Positions 9,903-20,600 of a stretch of DNA of 64,000 nt are shown here, piece by piece. The DNA is from a plasmid. Within the stretch, counting starts at the first letter, position 1. The number at the start of each line of letters is the position of its first letter. The notes under the pieces are model-generated. The model ran no database searches. It worked only from the letters and a program-made list of their open reading frames with translations, and was not told where the DNA came from. The translations under genes were made by a program, and so were the position numbers. The stretch lies in the sequence record AP029160.1, one strand, 5' to 3'.

Positions 9903-10325
9903 CTAAAGCTTAGTCAGTTCTACATTACCAAGAAAATCAATGTTAACTTTTTTACTTCCGGAATAAATATCTTTAACTTCAGAAGAATTAAAATTTAGAA
10001 CTACCGATTTGCAATTATTTTTATCATCAAATTTTATGCAATGCTCATTTATAAATGAATATAGCTCTTTATTTTTTGAGTTTTTAATGTCTCTAACTTT
10101 CTCAGTATTGATATAAGCTAGCTCAAATTCCTCACAATTCGTTTTATCATTTTTTTGCTCCCAGCTTACCGCTTTACATTTTAAAATATATTTATCTATT
10201 GTAAGATTTGTTATAGAAGCATCAGAGAAGTAATAACAAATACCAAAAATAAATAGAAAAGAAACGAAAATTACTGAAAAAAGAAAAGCATTTCCAATAT
10301 CATTAGTTTTTGCCGCTTGATTCAT
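9903..10325 (-). CDS. hypothetical secreted/membrane-anchored protein
   Basis: N-terminal hydrophobic segment 'AFLFSVIFVSFLFIFGICYYF'. Confidence 0.35.
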   Translation of the reverse strand: MNQAAKTNDIGNAFLFSVIFVSFLFIFGICYYFSDASITNLTIDKYILKCKAVSWEQKNDKTNCEEFELAYINTEKVRDIKNSKNKELYSFINEHCIKFDDKNNCKSVVLNFNSSEVKDIYSGSKKVNIDFLGNVELTKL

Positions 10326-10380
10326 ACTAGCCTCTAAAAAAGTTTGTTAATGATTATAAATCTACTTTATAATATATATA

Positions 10381-11208
10381 TCATAAAGTCAAACGACTAT
10401 CTAAAAATTTATTTGCAAGAGTCCACAAATTTTTATTAAGTTCTAAATTTTTTGAAATGGAATTGACCGCACGAGTACTTTGCCTAGCTATCGGATAACC
10501 TAAGTCATTCAATTTATAAAAACTCAAGCCTCCTCTGACAAGATTTTCTTGTAAAACATTAAATGTTGTCCATAGATCTAATTCAGCATCTATTTTGCGT
10601 CTTGGTTTTAAAAGTTTTTCTATCTCAAATTCTGGACGTTCATTTTCTTTATCCCATCTTAAATTTACTGCTTCATTTGCAAAGTTCAATCTATCATTAA
10701 TCGTTAGAACCTTTTTTTTCATTTCTAAAATATTTTCAATTGCTGTTTCTCTATTTTCAAGAACTTCATACGCTGCATCAATCACATCAACGTCTTCCGC
10801 TTTAACATGTTTGATTCTAATTGTATCTAAAATTGAGCAAGGAGCTACTAATCCATTTTCACAAACCAATCTAAATAAACCTAATGAAAATTTAAAAGAT
10901 GATTTGGCATCATGGCTCGTTTCTAAAACTATTTCAGGCACTATCTCACCTAGTTCTACTTTATAATCTGTATGTCTAAATCTTATTAAATGTTTAGCGG
11001 TTTCCTTTGCTTCGTCAGATCGCGACTTTATTTGTGCTACAGCAAATGGTAAAATATTTTTTTTCTCTAATGTTTCTATAAGACTTTTTGTCGACAAAAA
11101 GCTATAATTTTTTGATACATCAGACGCAGCTTTCTCAGCAAATGCAGCTGGTGCAAATTTTATCATTTCATTTATTGTCAGCGGTCGATTAGCTCTAAAA
11201 AATTTCAT
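10381..11208 (-). CDS. conserved plasmid/phage-associated protein (resembles DUF932/DUF945-like proteins of mobile elements)
   Basis: The N-terminal region 'INEMIKFAPAAFAEKAA...YSFLSTKSLIETLEKKNILPFAVAQIKSR...HLIRFRH' resembles, from memory, a family common on ICEs and prophages. Unverified. Confidence 0.35.
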   Translation of the reverse strand: MKFFRANRPLTINEMIKFAPAAFAEKAASDVSKNYSFLSTKSLIETLEKKNILPFAVAQIKSRSDEAKETAKHLIRFRHTDYKVELGEIVPEIVLETSHDAKSSFKFSLGLFRLVCENGLVAPCSILDTIRIKHVKAEDVDVIDAAYEVLENRETAIENILEMKKKVLTINDRLNFANEAVNLRWDKENERPEFEIEKLLKPRRKIDAELDLWTTFNVLQENLVRGGLSFYKLNDLGYPIARQSTRAVNSISKNLELNKNLWTLANKFLDSRLTL

Positions 11209-11388
11209 ATTTTCCCCTTTTTAAACTTTAATTTCTAATAGTGCTTGATTGCTAATGATGTAAAAATCCCCATTTCTTCTATCGTGATGTTTAGAAAAAA
11301 ATAGCGGCATGTCTTGTAATTTTCTTATTTCTTTGAATCCAAAATTTAAATCATTCTGAAAATCTAAAAATTTTCATTACATAAAATT

Positions 11389-11733
11389 TTAATCTTCATT
11401 GATCATCAAATAAGTAAAAACTTCACCATCATGAAAAATTTGAGCCTTATCAAAAGTCCCATCAATTTTTGGAATCTCAAAATAAGATGGCCTATTTGAT
11501 TGTTTTGTTAGTTTAAAATTTTCATGTGACAGTTCATAAATTTTCTGCACTCGCTCAAATGGATTTCGACCCAATTTATATTCTTTGCTTTCAAAATCAT
11601 CTGAAATATACGAATCAAAAAATGCAGACGTGCAATATGTGGATTCTAAAAAAATCTCAGGAAAAAACTCAGACAAACATGCTAAAACACCATCATCAAC
11701 CGCATCTTCTCTCGTGTACATATGAACAAACAT
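11389..11733 (-). CDS. hypothetical acidic protein; start chosen at the internal Met (MFVHMY...) preceded by AAAGGGG
   Basis: The longer ORF-track frame extends to 11880, but only the internal ATG has a plausible RBS. Confidence 0.3.
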   Translation of the reverse strand: MFVHMYTREDAVDDGVLACLSEFFPEIFLESTYCTSAFFDSYISDDFESKEYKLGRNPFERVQKIYELSHENFKLTKQSNRPSYFEIPKIDGTFDKAQIFHDGEVFTYLMINED

Positions 11734-11939
11734 GTGAACCCCTTTCAAATTTAAGGAAACGGCACAGACAATAACCTTGACTTCAAAAATCAGTTTGCGC
11801 CGACTCAGAATCCAAACAAAAAACTCTTTAGTTGCGCTGCACGACTTGGCAGTCGTTTGCTTCCACACACTACGCCACAAGTGGCAAACGTATGAGAATA
11901 ATTTTATCCAATAAAAACAAATGCTTAAAATGATTTTAC

Positions 11940-12140
11940 TACCTGAATCAAATATGATTCACAAAGAATTTAAATTGATGAGTTGTTATTCATAATATTA
12001 ACTATCTTAGTGATTCATTTTTGAATCACTTGATGTTGATTAGAAAAATTGTGATTCATATGTGATTCACTTTTATATTTTAAATTTGTTTAATCCTTAT
12101 TTATATTATATAATTTAGTGATTCACTTTTGATTCATTGG
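11940..12140. promoter_or_regulatory. array of at least 8 TGATTCA/GTGATTCA motifs, including perfect palindromes, upstream of an RHH-type gene (candidate operator array)
   Basis: TGAATCAaataTGATTCA (11945-11962). GTGATTCAttttTGAATCAC (12010-12029). GTGATTCAtatGTGATTCAC (12050-12069). GTGATTCActtttGATTCA (12118-12136). Confidence 0.5.
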
Positions 12141-12151
12141 AGGTTTTTAAT

Positions 12152-12568
12152 ATGAAACGTGTTCCTATTAATTTTTCAAACGAATTGCATGATTTTTTAA
12201 AAAACATCGCCGAAGAAAAAGGTCAAAGCTTTAGCAAAACTTGCTCGGACATTCTCGAAAATTTTAAAAATGAAAGACAAGATTTTGAAAAAAAAGCGAT
12301 GAATGAGATCACTCAAATCAATTTACAAATTCAAAAATTGAGTCAAAAATTAGCCGAAGTTGAAAGAAATTCTACGGCATCATTGATAGTCACTAGACAA
12401 GTTTTAAATGAAAGTTCAACTTCTGGATTCTTTGTAAAACAGCAATACAATGAGGTTTATAAAGAGCATCCAAAAGCCAAAGAATTCATTTTTAATGAAC
12501 TCAATAATTACAATAATGAGAAAGAAAAAATATTTAATGAAGTTCTTAAGAAGACAGGTGTGGTTTAA
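12152..12568 (+). CDS. ribbon-helix-helix (CopG/Arc-like) DNA-binding protein with long C-terminal extension
   Basis: N-terminal 'MKRVPINFSNELHDFLKNIAEEKGQSFSKTCSDILENF' fits a beta-strand plus two helices, the RHH pattern. GGAGG lies 9 nt before the ATG at 12152. Confidence 0.4.
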   Translation: MKRVPINFSNELHDFLKNIAEEKGQSFSKTCSDILENFKNERQDFEKKAMNEITQINLQIQKLSQKLAEVERNSTASLIVTRQVLNESSTSGFFVKQQYNEVYKEHPKAKEFIFNELNNYNNEKEKIFNEVLKKTGVV

Positions 12569-12572
12569 AAAT

Positions 12573-13118
12573 TCAATCTACTTGATCAAAATATATAATT
12601 CCTGAAGGATAAAAATTCGTTTGACCGACAATGGAATTTGGAATTTGAAATGTAAATGTCATGAATCCGGGATCAGAAAATGGTGGTTTCCAATTTGAAT
12701 TTGAACGGCTATCAACAATAGTTCCTTTCAGATTTCCTGTCGTAAAATTTAGAGCCGAATCAGATTCAACTAAAGTTTTTGCACCTACAGAAAAACTAGC
12801 TAGAGCTAATTGCTGTCCTACAAAGCCGGTTAAAGTAGAATTAAAATTTATTGAAATTTTGATGTTATTAGAACTTGAAAATATTGAACCACAGTTTGAT
12901 GTTAGAGCTTGAACTGATGCATAAGAGTTTGTAATAGGAAAAATAGTTTGGTTTGGTGAAGAAGAAACTATCCAACTACTAGAATCTAATTGCAAGGAAC
13001 AGGATTGATTTGCAGAGACATCTGAACCATACTTGCTGAGGAAATTATTATTTCCACACCCACACAAAACACAAGAGGCAATTAAAATACCAATAGAAAA
13101 CGACTTCACTTCGACCAT
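12573..13118 (-). CDS. secreted protein / probable lipoprotein
   Basis: Signal-like 'FSIGILIASCVLCGCGN' has a lipobox-like Cys. The rest is Ser/Thr/Asn-rich. Confidence 0.4.
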   Translation of the reverse strand: MVEVKSFSIGILIASCVLCGCGNNNFLSKYGSDVSANQSCSLQLDSSSWIVSSSPNQTIFPITNSYASVQALTSNCGSIFSSSNNIKISINFNSTLTGFVGQQLALASFSVGAKTLVESDSALNFTTGNLKGTIVDSRSNSNWKPPFSDPGFMTFTFQIPNSIVGQTNFYPSGIIYFDQVD

Positions 13119-13158
13119 TGCAAAGACCTCCTATTAAAAATAAATTGACTAATTTAAG

Positions 13159-13515
13159 TCATGTTTTTTTAAATAATTTTGATGCATTTGTTTTATTTGA
13201 ACTTTCATTTTTTGAATTCTGATTAAAATTATGATTCTTTATTTCTTCTTGATACGTATTTTTTTCTAATTTCTGAGGAGTCGTTTTAGTCTCACTTAGA
13301 TTCACATCGATATGAGACATATTTAACTCTAGGTCATCTAAAAGCTCTTTCATTTGATCTGAGTTGTGTTTCAAATACTTCCGAGTACAAGCAACTACAA
13401 ACTTTTTTTTATATCCAAAATACATTTTTTGGAAAAAATCATACACAGCTTTGTCAAGTTTATTTGTAAGATCAAAATCAATTTTAACGTAACCTTTTTT
13501 ATTTTTATCATCCAT
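13159..13515 (-). CDS. ParR-like RHH adaptor (downstream partner of ParM)
   Basis: N-terminal 'KKGYVKIDFDLTNKLDKAVYDFFQK' is RHH-like. The gene lies immediately downstream of a ParM-like gene. Confidence 0.35.
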   Translation of the reverse strand: MDDKNKKGYVKIDFDLTNKLDKAVYDFFQKMYFGYKKKFVVACTRKYLKHNSDQMKELLDDLELNMSHIDVNLSETKTTPQKLEKNTYQEEIKNHNFNQNSKNESSNKTNASKLFKKT

Positions 13516-13552
13516 AATTGAACCCCTCAAGGAAATTTTAGAACGTTAATGA

Positions 13553-14629
13553 TTAAACTTCCTTTGAGGATTCACTTTCCTTCATACCGATGTCAAGGAG
13601 CTTTGGTAATGCATCACTACTAATTTTTTCTCCGGATTCCTCCTGAGCAATTAGAAGCGCTCCAACTAAATTTGCAAACATTCCAAGCCGAACAGTGCGT
13701 CCTTTACAGTTCCATTTGTGATCAACTAAGAAAGACTCACCACCACCATTCAACAAAACTTTTTCTGCTGAAGTCCAAGTTTTTCCTAAATCTTGCGAAA
13801 GAGTATCGGATAGTATTTCAGTAAATTCTTCTTTTGCTTTTAAAAATTCCTGTTCAAAATTAATCACTGTACTTTCATATTGAATATAAAATTCTTGGCG
13901 ATTGATTTTGTCTATGACAGATAAAAAGTCTGCATTTAATTTTCCATGCACTTTAGATTGTATTTTATCAATAATAAGAGAAACAAAATAATTGATGCAG
14001 CATTTATCCTTAAAGGATTTGCATTGAGCTTCACGATAATCATATTCTCCCGTATCAGAATCTTTAATAAGACAAATAACATCCGTTGTAGAAGAACCTA
14101 CATCAACAGAAATGACTTCATTCGGTAATGTTCCAAATTTATACTCATAAAACTTTTGAGCTGGTGTCCCTTGAGGAATAATTATGACGTGCGTTACTTC
14201 AACTTTCCGATCATTACCAAAAGCATCTTTCCATTTATAAACTTTACGTTCAGACATCTTTTTAAGCGCAGGATCATCTTCAAAATACATTGAATAGGGA
14301 ATAGAAAGAACAAGGGTATCTATCTTTTCCGGAATATCCAATTTTTGCATTGCATACATTATTTGAATGAGCTGACGATTTGAGCCATGAAAATCATTTT
14401 TAATGTCTGCTTCAGATTGGAGATCAGAAAGCTGGATGCGCGCCTTTTTACCAGCAACATACCAAGCTTCAAGACCATCGTCCCCCGTTGCCCAAATGCG
14501 TTCTTTCTGCTTTGAGTTTGGTAAAAGTTTTGCAACAAGAGAATGTTCCACATACGTCTCTAATGACTCATTGTAAATAGCCTTCATAAAACTTGACCCT
14601 GAATCGATAACAAGAATTCGCTCTTTCAT
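13553..14629 (-). CDS. parM: ParM/StbA-like actin-family partition ATPase
   Basis: 'ILVIDSGSSFMKAIY' matches the actin-fold phosphate-1 motif DxGxxxxK. ~358 aa. An upstream repeat array and a downstream small RHH gene complete a ParMRC-like layout. Confidence 0.55.
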   Translation of the reverse strand: MKERILVIDSGSSFMKAIYNESLETYVEHSLVAKLLPNSKQKERIWATGDDGLEAWYVAGKKARIQLSDLQSEADIKNDFHGSNRQLIQIMYAMQKLDIPEKIDTLVLSIPYSMYFEDDPALKKMSERKVYKWKDAFGNDRKVEVTHVIIIPQGTPAQKFYEYKFGTLPNEVISVDVGSSTTDVICLIKDSDTGEYDYREAQCKSFKDKCCINYFVSLIIDKIQSKVHGKLNADFLSVIDKINRQEFYIQYESTVINFEQEFLKAKEEFTEILSDTLSQDLGKTWTSAEKVLLNGGGESFLVDHKWNCKGRTVRLGMFANLVGALLIAQEESGEKISSDALPKLLDIGMKESESSKEV

Positions 14630-14639
14630 GTTGAATCTC

Positions 14640-14800
14640 CTGATAACGTATCCACGTTCATACGTTACAAATAAGGTTATATATTAATAACAAACGTTAT
14701 ATAAAACGTTCTATAAATAGTTATATTGTTATTTTAAACGAACGTCAATACGTTAGAACGTTATTTTAATGTTATTTTTTTTAAACGTTCGTTATAAAAT
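14640..14800. repeat. about 10 copies of the palindromic hexamer AACGTT/ACGTT in 160 bp upstream of parM (parC-like centromere/operator candidate)
   Basis: aacgtatccacgttcatacgttac...aacaaacgttatataaaacgttc...aaacgaacgtcaatacgttagaacgtta...aaacgttcgtta. Confidence 0.45.
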
Positions 14801-14932
14801 GAAAGATTTTTGACGTTAGTTTAAAAGATTTGATTAGGGGTTCATTTAGAGAAGCTTTTATAGGGCTACAAACAAATTTTGATAGGAGCTGTTTACTGAT
14901 GAAGATTTAGACGCGCTGACAAGAAAATATTC

Positions 14933-15727
14933 TTATTTTGGATAATCAACTCTCTGCCCTACTTCTAAAATCATTTCAACAGGACCAGCAAAAAATTCTG
15001 CTTCTACATAAAAGTTCTTATTTTTTGTTAAATATATAGGAAGCTCTATGATCTCAATTTCTTCAGCATGATAAGATTCTATAGGATGGAAAGCATCTTC
15101 CGGTTCAGAAGTAAGATAATTATCATCTATTAATTCCTCACAATTCTCACACGTATTCGAACCATCAGTAAAGTTTTTTGAAAGAGGTTGAATAATTTTT
15201 TCTAGCGCAGGATCTAGGCAAGTAATGTCCGTTAAGATACAAGGAAATTTATAAATTTCGTCATCAAAACTCCTAATATGTTCTTCTATAGCTAACATAG
15301 ATACGGAAGTCGGTTTTCTACAATTGGGGCAAACCGCATGGGTTTTTAAAATATAAATTGGACTTGATATTTTAATTTTCTGACTTTCTATATCACAAAT
15401 ATCTTCATAAGAATCGCCACTAAAAAAATCAGAATCATCTTCTTTTTCATCGTAATCGTGTACTACTGCTAATCTTTTATTATAAAACTTCTGATCTAAA
15501 AGTAATCTAGCTAAATCAACAGATATTTTAGTATAAGGAGACAGCTCACTAACAAATTTAAAAATATTACTAAACCTATTAAAAGACTCAGAACCTATAA
15601 TTTTCACAGGAACATCATTTTTATCCTTATACACTTTTGCAAAAAAACAAGTATTTTTTGAATCCCAACCTAATTCCACGCTCTTATAATCTGTGAATTT
15701 GCCTTTTGAAATTTTATAGCTTTCCAT
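14933..15727 (-). CDS. hypothetical Cys-rich protein (possible zinc-binding)
   Basis: 'CPNCRKPTS' and 'CENCEEL' CxxC pairs. Last gene of the relaxase-helicase operon. Confidence 0.4.
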   Translation of the reverse strand: MESYKISKGKFTDYKSVELGWDSKNTCFFAKVYKDKNDVPVKIIGSESFNRFSNIFKFVSELSPYTKISVDLARLLLDQKFYNKRLAVVHDYDEKEDDSDFFSGDSYEDICDIESQKIKISSPIYILKTHAVCPNCRKPTSVSMLAIEEHIRSFDDEIYKFPCILTDITCLDPALEKIIQPLSKNFTDGSNTCENCEELIDDNYLTSEPEDAFHPIESYHAEEIEIIELPIYLTKNKNFYVEAEFFAGPVEMILEVGQRVDYPK

Positions 15728-15757
15728 TTTTTTCTCGCTTTATAAAAAATGATTTAT

Positions 15758-16135
15758 TTATTTTTGCCAACCAGAAATCCCATCCCAAGCGCTATTTAAT
15801 ACTGAGCATACTAAAGAACAATTACTAGGATTATTACGATACTTAGGAGTATTTGTTATAGAATAGTAGATGTCTTGCATGTTTTCTAAAGTTTCTGGAT
15901 AAATTTGCATTCCATAATTTACTATTATTTTATCTGCTCTTGCTATAAGATCACTATTTACTTTGCAATTAGATTTATATTCTTCATCAGCAGTGGGTGA
16001 TGATTGATTTACTGGTTCTAATGAAATAAATAAATCTAATGCTCTTTCGAGTAATTTTCTACTTACATATCCTCCATCCCATTTCTCAATATCTGGACAA
16101 TTTACTTTTTTTCCCTGTATATTTGAAATATTCAT
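15758..16135 (-). CDS. hypothetical protein (125 aa)
   Basis: ORF between the helicase gene and the Cys-rich gene on the same strand. Confidence 0.3.
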   Translation of the reverse strand: MNISNIQGKKVNCPDIEKWDGGYVSRKLLERALDLFISLEPVNQSSPTADEEYKSNCKVNSDLIARADKIIVNYGMQIYPETLENMQDIYYSITNTPKYRNNPSNCSLVCSVLNSAWDGISGWQK

Positions 16136-16213
16136 GACACTCCCTTTATCTATAACTTAACAATCAATAATGATTAAAAATTATATTAGTTCTTAAAATT
16201 AAGCAAAGTTTTT

Positions 16214-17626
16214 CTACATTTTAATTTTTAAATTTTTTCTAAACTTATCAGACAATTTAAGGATTTCTCTGGCTCTTGTACAAGCCACATAAACTAAATT
16301 TAACTCATCTTCTTCTTTAAAAGAATAATCTCCACCGAGACAAACTTGATCCCATTCTAACCCTTTGCTTTTGTGCGCTGTACAAAGCAATACATCTGCC
16401 TCATGATCTTTAACAAGAAATGATTCAAATTTATCAAGGAAAGATAAGATATTGTGCTCATATTTTTTTATAATTTTGCAAACAGAATTAGACTCAGCAT
16501 TAAATCGAGCTACTTCAACGAATTCATTCCAATTCTGAAATTTTTTATATTCATAAAATTCTATTAGATGATTTTTTCCAGCAAATAAATAATATGCTGA
16601 CTTACAACGCAAAATAAAGTCCCCAATTCCACCACAAATTGAAATTTTCTTTCCTTCACTTGAATAATGAATTGCTAATGAAAAGACTTCTGCATTTGTT
16701 CTACACACGCAAGTAAACGGCTTTGATTCATCTAAATCTTGAACCTTAGAATCAATCTTTTCAAACCCTAATAGTTTTCTATTTTCCCCTTTCATAGCCA
16801 ATATTTTATTTGCTATCTCAGCAACAGCAGGTCCAAATCTAAAACTTTGCGTTAAACTTAGTTCACTGGCTTCAATTTCTTGCATAGCGTTTACCGCTCC
16901 ACGCCATGCATAAATCTTTTGATGATGGTCACCAACATATATTTTTCTTGTTTTTTGTTGACTTATTATGTCAAGAACAACTGGATTTGCATCTTGTGCT
17001 TCATCAAAAAGTATACAGTCTACTTCAATTTTAGCTCCTGATAATTGCCACATTTTAACATACGTATCATGATCAATCGGAAAATTAGATTCTTGACTCA
17101 CTTCCAATTGCCAAAGTTTTTTTGATTTTTCAACGATAAATTCAATTAATAATTTCTGCTCAGATGGCACAGAGGAAATATTCATAATTTCATCGATATC
17201 AACATGGCTAGTACCTATTTTTATATCACTAGAAATTTTAAAATTATTCACAGTTTTTTTGATACATGGAAGAAGTTGATAAGGATTAATAGATCTATTT
17301 GAATTTAGTCCAAGTAATTTTATTACCTCACTTTGCTTTATTTTATTCATTAATTTATCTTTATATTTGCATCTATCTATTTGCATCGCTCTTCTAGCAA
17401 GCGCGTGATATGTTATACAGTAAACATTTTTTGGAAAAGATTTGACTGCTGAAACTTGAATATCTTTATTATAAGCCAAATACAAAAAACTTTTACTTAA
17501 ATTGCTGTTTGCAATCATTTTTAATGTACTGGTCTTTCCTGTCCCAGCGAAAGCTGAAATTTTTAAATCTTCTTTTCTCGTATTGATAAAATCAATTATT
17601 TTTTCTTGCTCAATAGTAGGTTTCAT
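16214..17626 (-). CDS. superfamily-1 DNA helicase (UvrD/RecD-like, short form)
   Basis: Walker A 'AFAGTGKTSTL' and Walker B 'ILFDEAQD'. C-terminal 'LLCTAHKSKGLEWDQV...VACTRAREIL' is the typical SF1 motif V/VI region. Confidence 0.65.
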   Translation of the reverse strand: MKPTIEQEKIIDFINTRKEDLKISAFAGTGKTSTLKMIANSNLSKSFLYLAYNKDIQVSAVKSFPKNVYCITYHALARRAMQIDRCKYKDKLMNKIKQSEVIKLLGLNSNRSINPYQLLPCIKKTVNNFKISSDIKIGTSHVDIDEIMNISSVPSEQKLLIEFIVEKSKKLWQLEVSQESNFPIDHDTYVKMWQLSGAKIEVDCILFDEAQDANPVVLDIISQQKTRKIYVGDHHQKIYAWRGAVNAMQEIEASELSLTQSFRFGPAVAEIANKILAMKGENRKLLGFEKIDSKVQDLDESKPFTCVCRTNAEVFSLAIHYSSEGKKISICGGIGDFILRCKSAYYLFAGKNHLIEFYEYKKFQNWNEFVEVARFNAESNSVCKIIKKYEHNILSFLDKFESFLVKDHEADVLLCTAHKSKGLEWDQVCLGGDYSFKEEDELNLVYVACTRAREILKLSDKFRKNLKIKM

Positions 17627-17634
17627 ATGGATTC

Positions 17635-20600
17635 CTATAAATCTAAAGAAATATTTTGTTTTCTTTCTATTTTTAATTCCTTACCTTTCTCAAACTCAAT
17701 ATCATCTATTTCAAATGAAATATTCCTTGAAGAAGTGATTTCATTTTCAAATATATTATTTGAAAATTCTTCAGAAATATCGAATTTATTTTCTTTATAA
17801 TCATCTATATTCATATCTTTAAATCTGTATTCACTTTTTATGATCTCATTTTCAATTCCTATTTTATTACAGAGGATATCTATTGGTTTATAGCTCTGAT
17901 TAAATTCATTTTTAGAAGTCAGATCACATTCTGGACCATTTTCGACTTTAATTTCATTTTTGCTTAGTTCAGTTCCCAAACTTGGCTTCATTTTTGGCAA
18001 GTCAATATCTTTGAGAATATGCTCAACCGTTTTATTCTCATTTTTACGCGCAAACGAAAAATAGGATTCATAATCATTTTGCTGATTCCTTTCAATAAAT
18101 TTAGATTCTTTGATCAGTAATTTTCTTGCATCCTTAAATATTTCATTGACTTTACTCATATCTCCAATCTTTTGGTAGAGACAATTTTTAACATCTTTCT
18201 CAAAATGTTTTGTCTCTAGCCTTAAATCGAGATGAGATTTAATTGATTTATTATTTCTTTCGATATTTAATTGCATTTTCTCATCATATTCATACTTGTA
18301 TTTTACAAATTTTTGTTCAATAGATTTTGCAATTTCACTTCTAAATTCCTTATTGTTTTCTAAGTTTTTTGTAAATTCAAGAAATTTTGACTCTATCAGT
18401 TTTATATTCTCTTCCTCAGAAAAACTTTTATTCACTGTATTATTTGCTAAATTATCTATAATTTCAGTCAATAATTTTTCTCTTTGATACGGAAGTATAT
18501 TCTCTAATTTTTCAAATCCTGATTTTATTTCTAAATCCGTATTTTGTAATTCTCTAATTTTTTGAGATAATTCAAATTTTTTAGTTCCTTCATATTCGTA
18601 CGCTTTAGAAAGTCTATTATTTAGCAAATATGATTCAAATTTTTCTAAGCTAATCGTATCTAGTAAAATATTTTCTTTCTTGTCTAGTGCACTTATATTT
18701 TTATGCTCTTTTAAATTTGCAAATTCACTGTTTATAAATTTATATAATTCAAAATTTCTCTTCCCTTTTTCAAGGCTAAAAATCTCTATAAAATTATCTT
18801 TCGATACACTTTCACACTCATTTTTTAGTTTTTCATAATGGATGAATGCAGAATTTTCTGTCCCCCTTGCCTTTTCTTCAATTTGTTTAGAAAGAATTTC
18901 GTTTATTTTCTGTGGAGTATTATTTATAAATTCACTGCACATTTTTTTATACATTTGAATTAAATTAGAATCTTTTCCTTCAACAAATTGATAATACTGT
19001 TTTGCATATTCTATATTATAGCCAATCATAGTTTCTAAAGACTGAACCAAATCTTTATTTTCAGAAATAAATTTCAATATTTCTTCCTCTGTAAAATTTT
19101 CTTTTGAATACTTGTTCTTCATTTCAACTAGAATAGCTTTTCTCAACTCTGATTTTTCTATCAAGTTTGTAACTCTTGATTTAGAAATTTTATTATTTTC
19201 AAATTTCTTTTTCTCTTTAATTTCTGAATTCACATTTAAAATTTTGTTTTTCAATTTTTTTTCCTCATCATTTAAAAAATAGTCAGGAACAAATTTCAAT
19301 TGTTTTTCAGTGAGTAAATACGAGATAGGTACTTTTAATGCTTGGCTCCCCGTTTTAATTGCTAAATTCCGTTCAAATGGATCTTTATTCAGCATGATTT
19401 TAGGCAAGACTTCCTTTTTCCAATTTTCAATGTTTTGAAAATTTACTTCATCTGTTTCATAGGTAAATGACACAAAATGATCTAAAGGAACTTTATTTTT
19501 ACTTAATTCTGACTTTAATTCATCAATGCTATGACTTCTCAAATATTCATCAGGATCTTTAGTTGAAATATTTGTATAATTTAACTCTATATCATTCCCA
19601 CTAGCTAAAAAGAAACTTCTCTTTGCTGCATTCTTTCCAGCATTATCTGTATCAAATAGCAATGTAACTTCATTTGTATAGCTCTTTAGTTCATTTAAAT
19701 GCTCTTTTGTCAGTGCTGTGCCTAGAACAGCAACAACATTTTTTACTCCTGACTTGTGCAAAGCAATTTGGTCAAGATATCCTTCTACTACAATTGCTTC
19801 ACCAGCACTTTGAATGGATTCTTTAGCTTTGTCTAATCCAAATAAAATTGTTGATTTATTAAATATCTGCGTAGTTTTTGGATTTATATATTTTGAAACA
19901 CCTTTCTTTATTTCGATATCTCTATATATTCTTCCACCAAATCCGACACATTTTCCATCTGAATTATTGATAGGAATCATAATTCGATTGCGATAAAAAT
20001 CATACGATGAATTATTTTGGTTAAGTGATACTAACGAAAGCTTGATTAAATCTTTTTGGGAAATACCATTTTTCTTTGCAAATTGTTCTAACCCATAAGA
20101 ATGCGACAATCCAAATTTATATTCCCTTATTTCATCAAGAGTTAGACCCCTTTGTAAAAGATATTCAAGTGCTTCTTTCCCATTTTCTGAAAACAAATTT
20201 TCAACATAGAATTCTTGAACCTTTTCCATAATATTTAAAAGTCTTTCCTTCTCAATATTATCTTCACTCAATTTATTTATGGTTATGTTTTCTTCCGTTG
20301 GCAAATGTTCAAATAAATCAGGAGGAGGAAGTTCAAATTCATTACTAAACCCCTCCTCCATATCAAAATGAAATTCATTTGGAATCTCTTGCCCTTCTTC
20401 ATGCGTATTTATAATTATTGATTCTTCTATACTTTGAGAAGAAGATAATGTTGTTTCTTCTTCTATAGAATTGACAATCTCTGGGTCACGATTGAGTTTG
20501 ATTTCATATTTTTGATAAACAGCTCTCTGTTTTTCATATCCTTTGTATCTTGCTTTTAGATTCACTCCAGATGTTCGTTTTAAATCTTTCAGAAACCGTT

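Noticed and set aside
10595-10966. 123-aa plus-strand ORF inside the 10381-11208 gene
   Set aside because: Antisense shadow ORF. The minus-strand frame is much longer and protein-like.
9761-11890. Shared 11-mer ACACACTACGC just upstream of two minus-strand start codons (about 9771 and about 11862)
   Set aside because: Only two copies and short. Could be chance. Not enough to call a shared operator.
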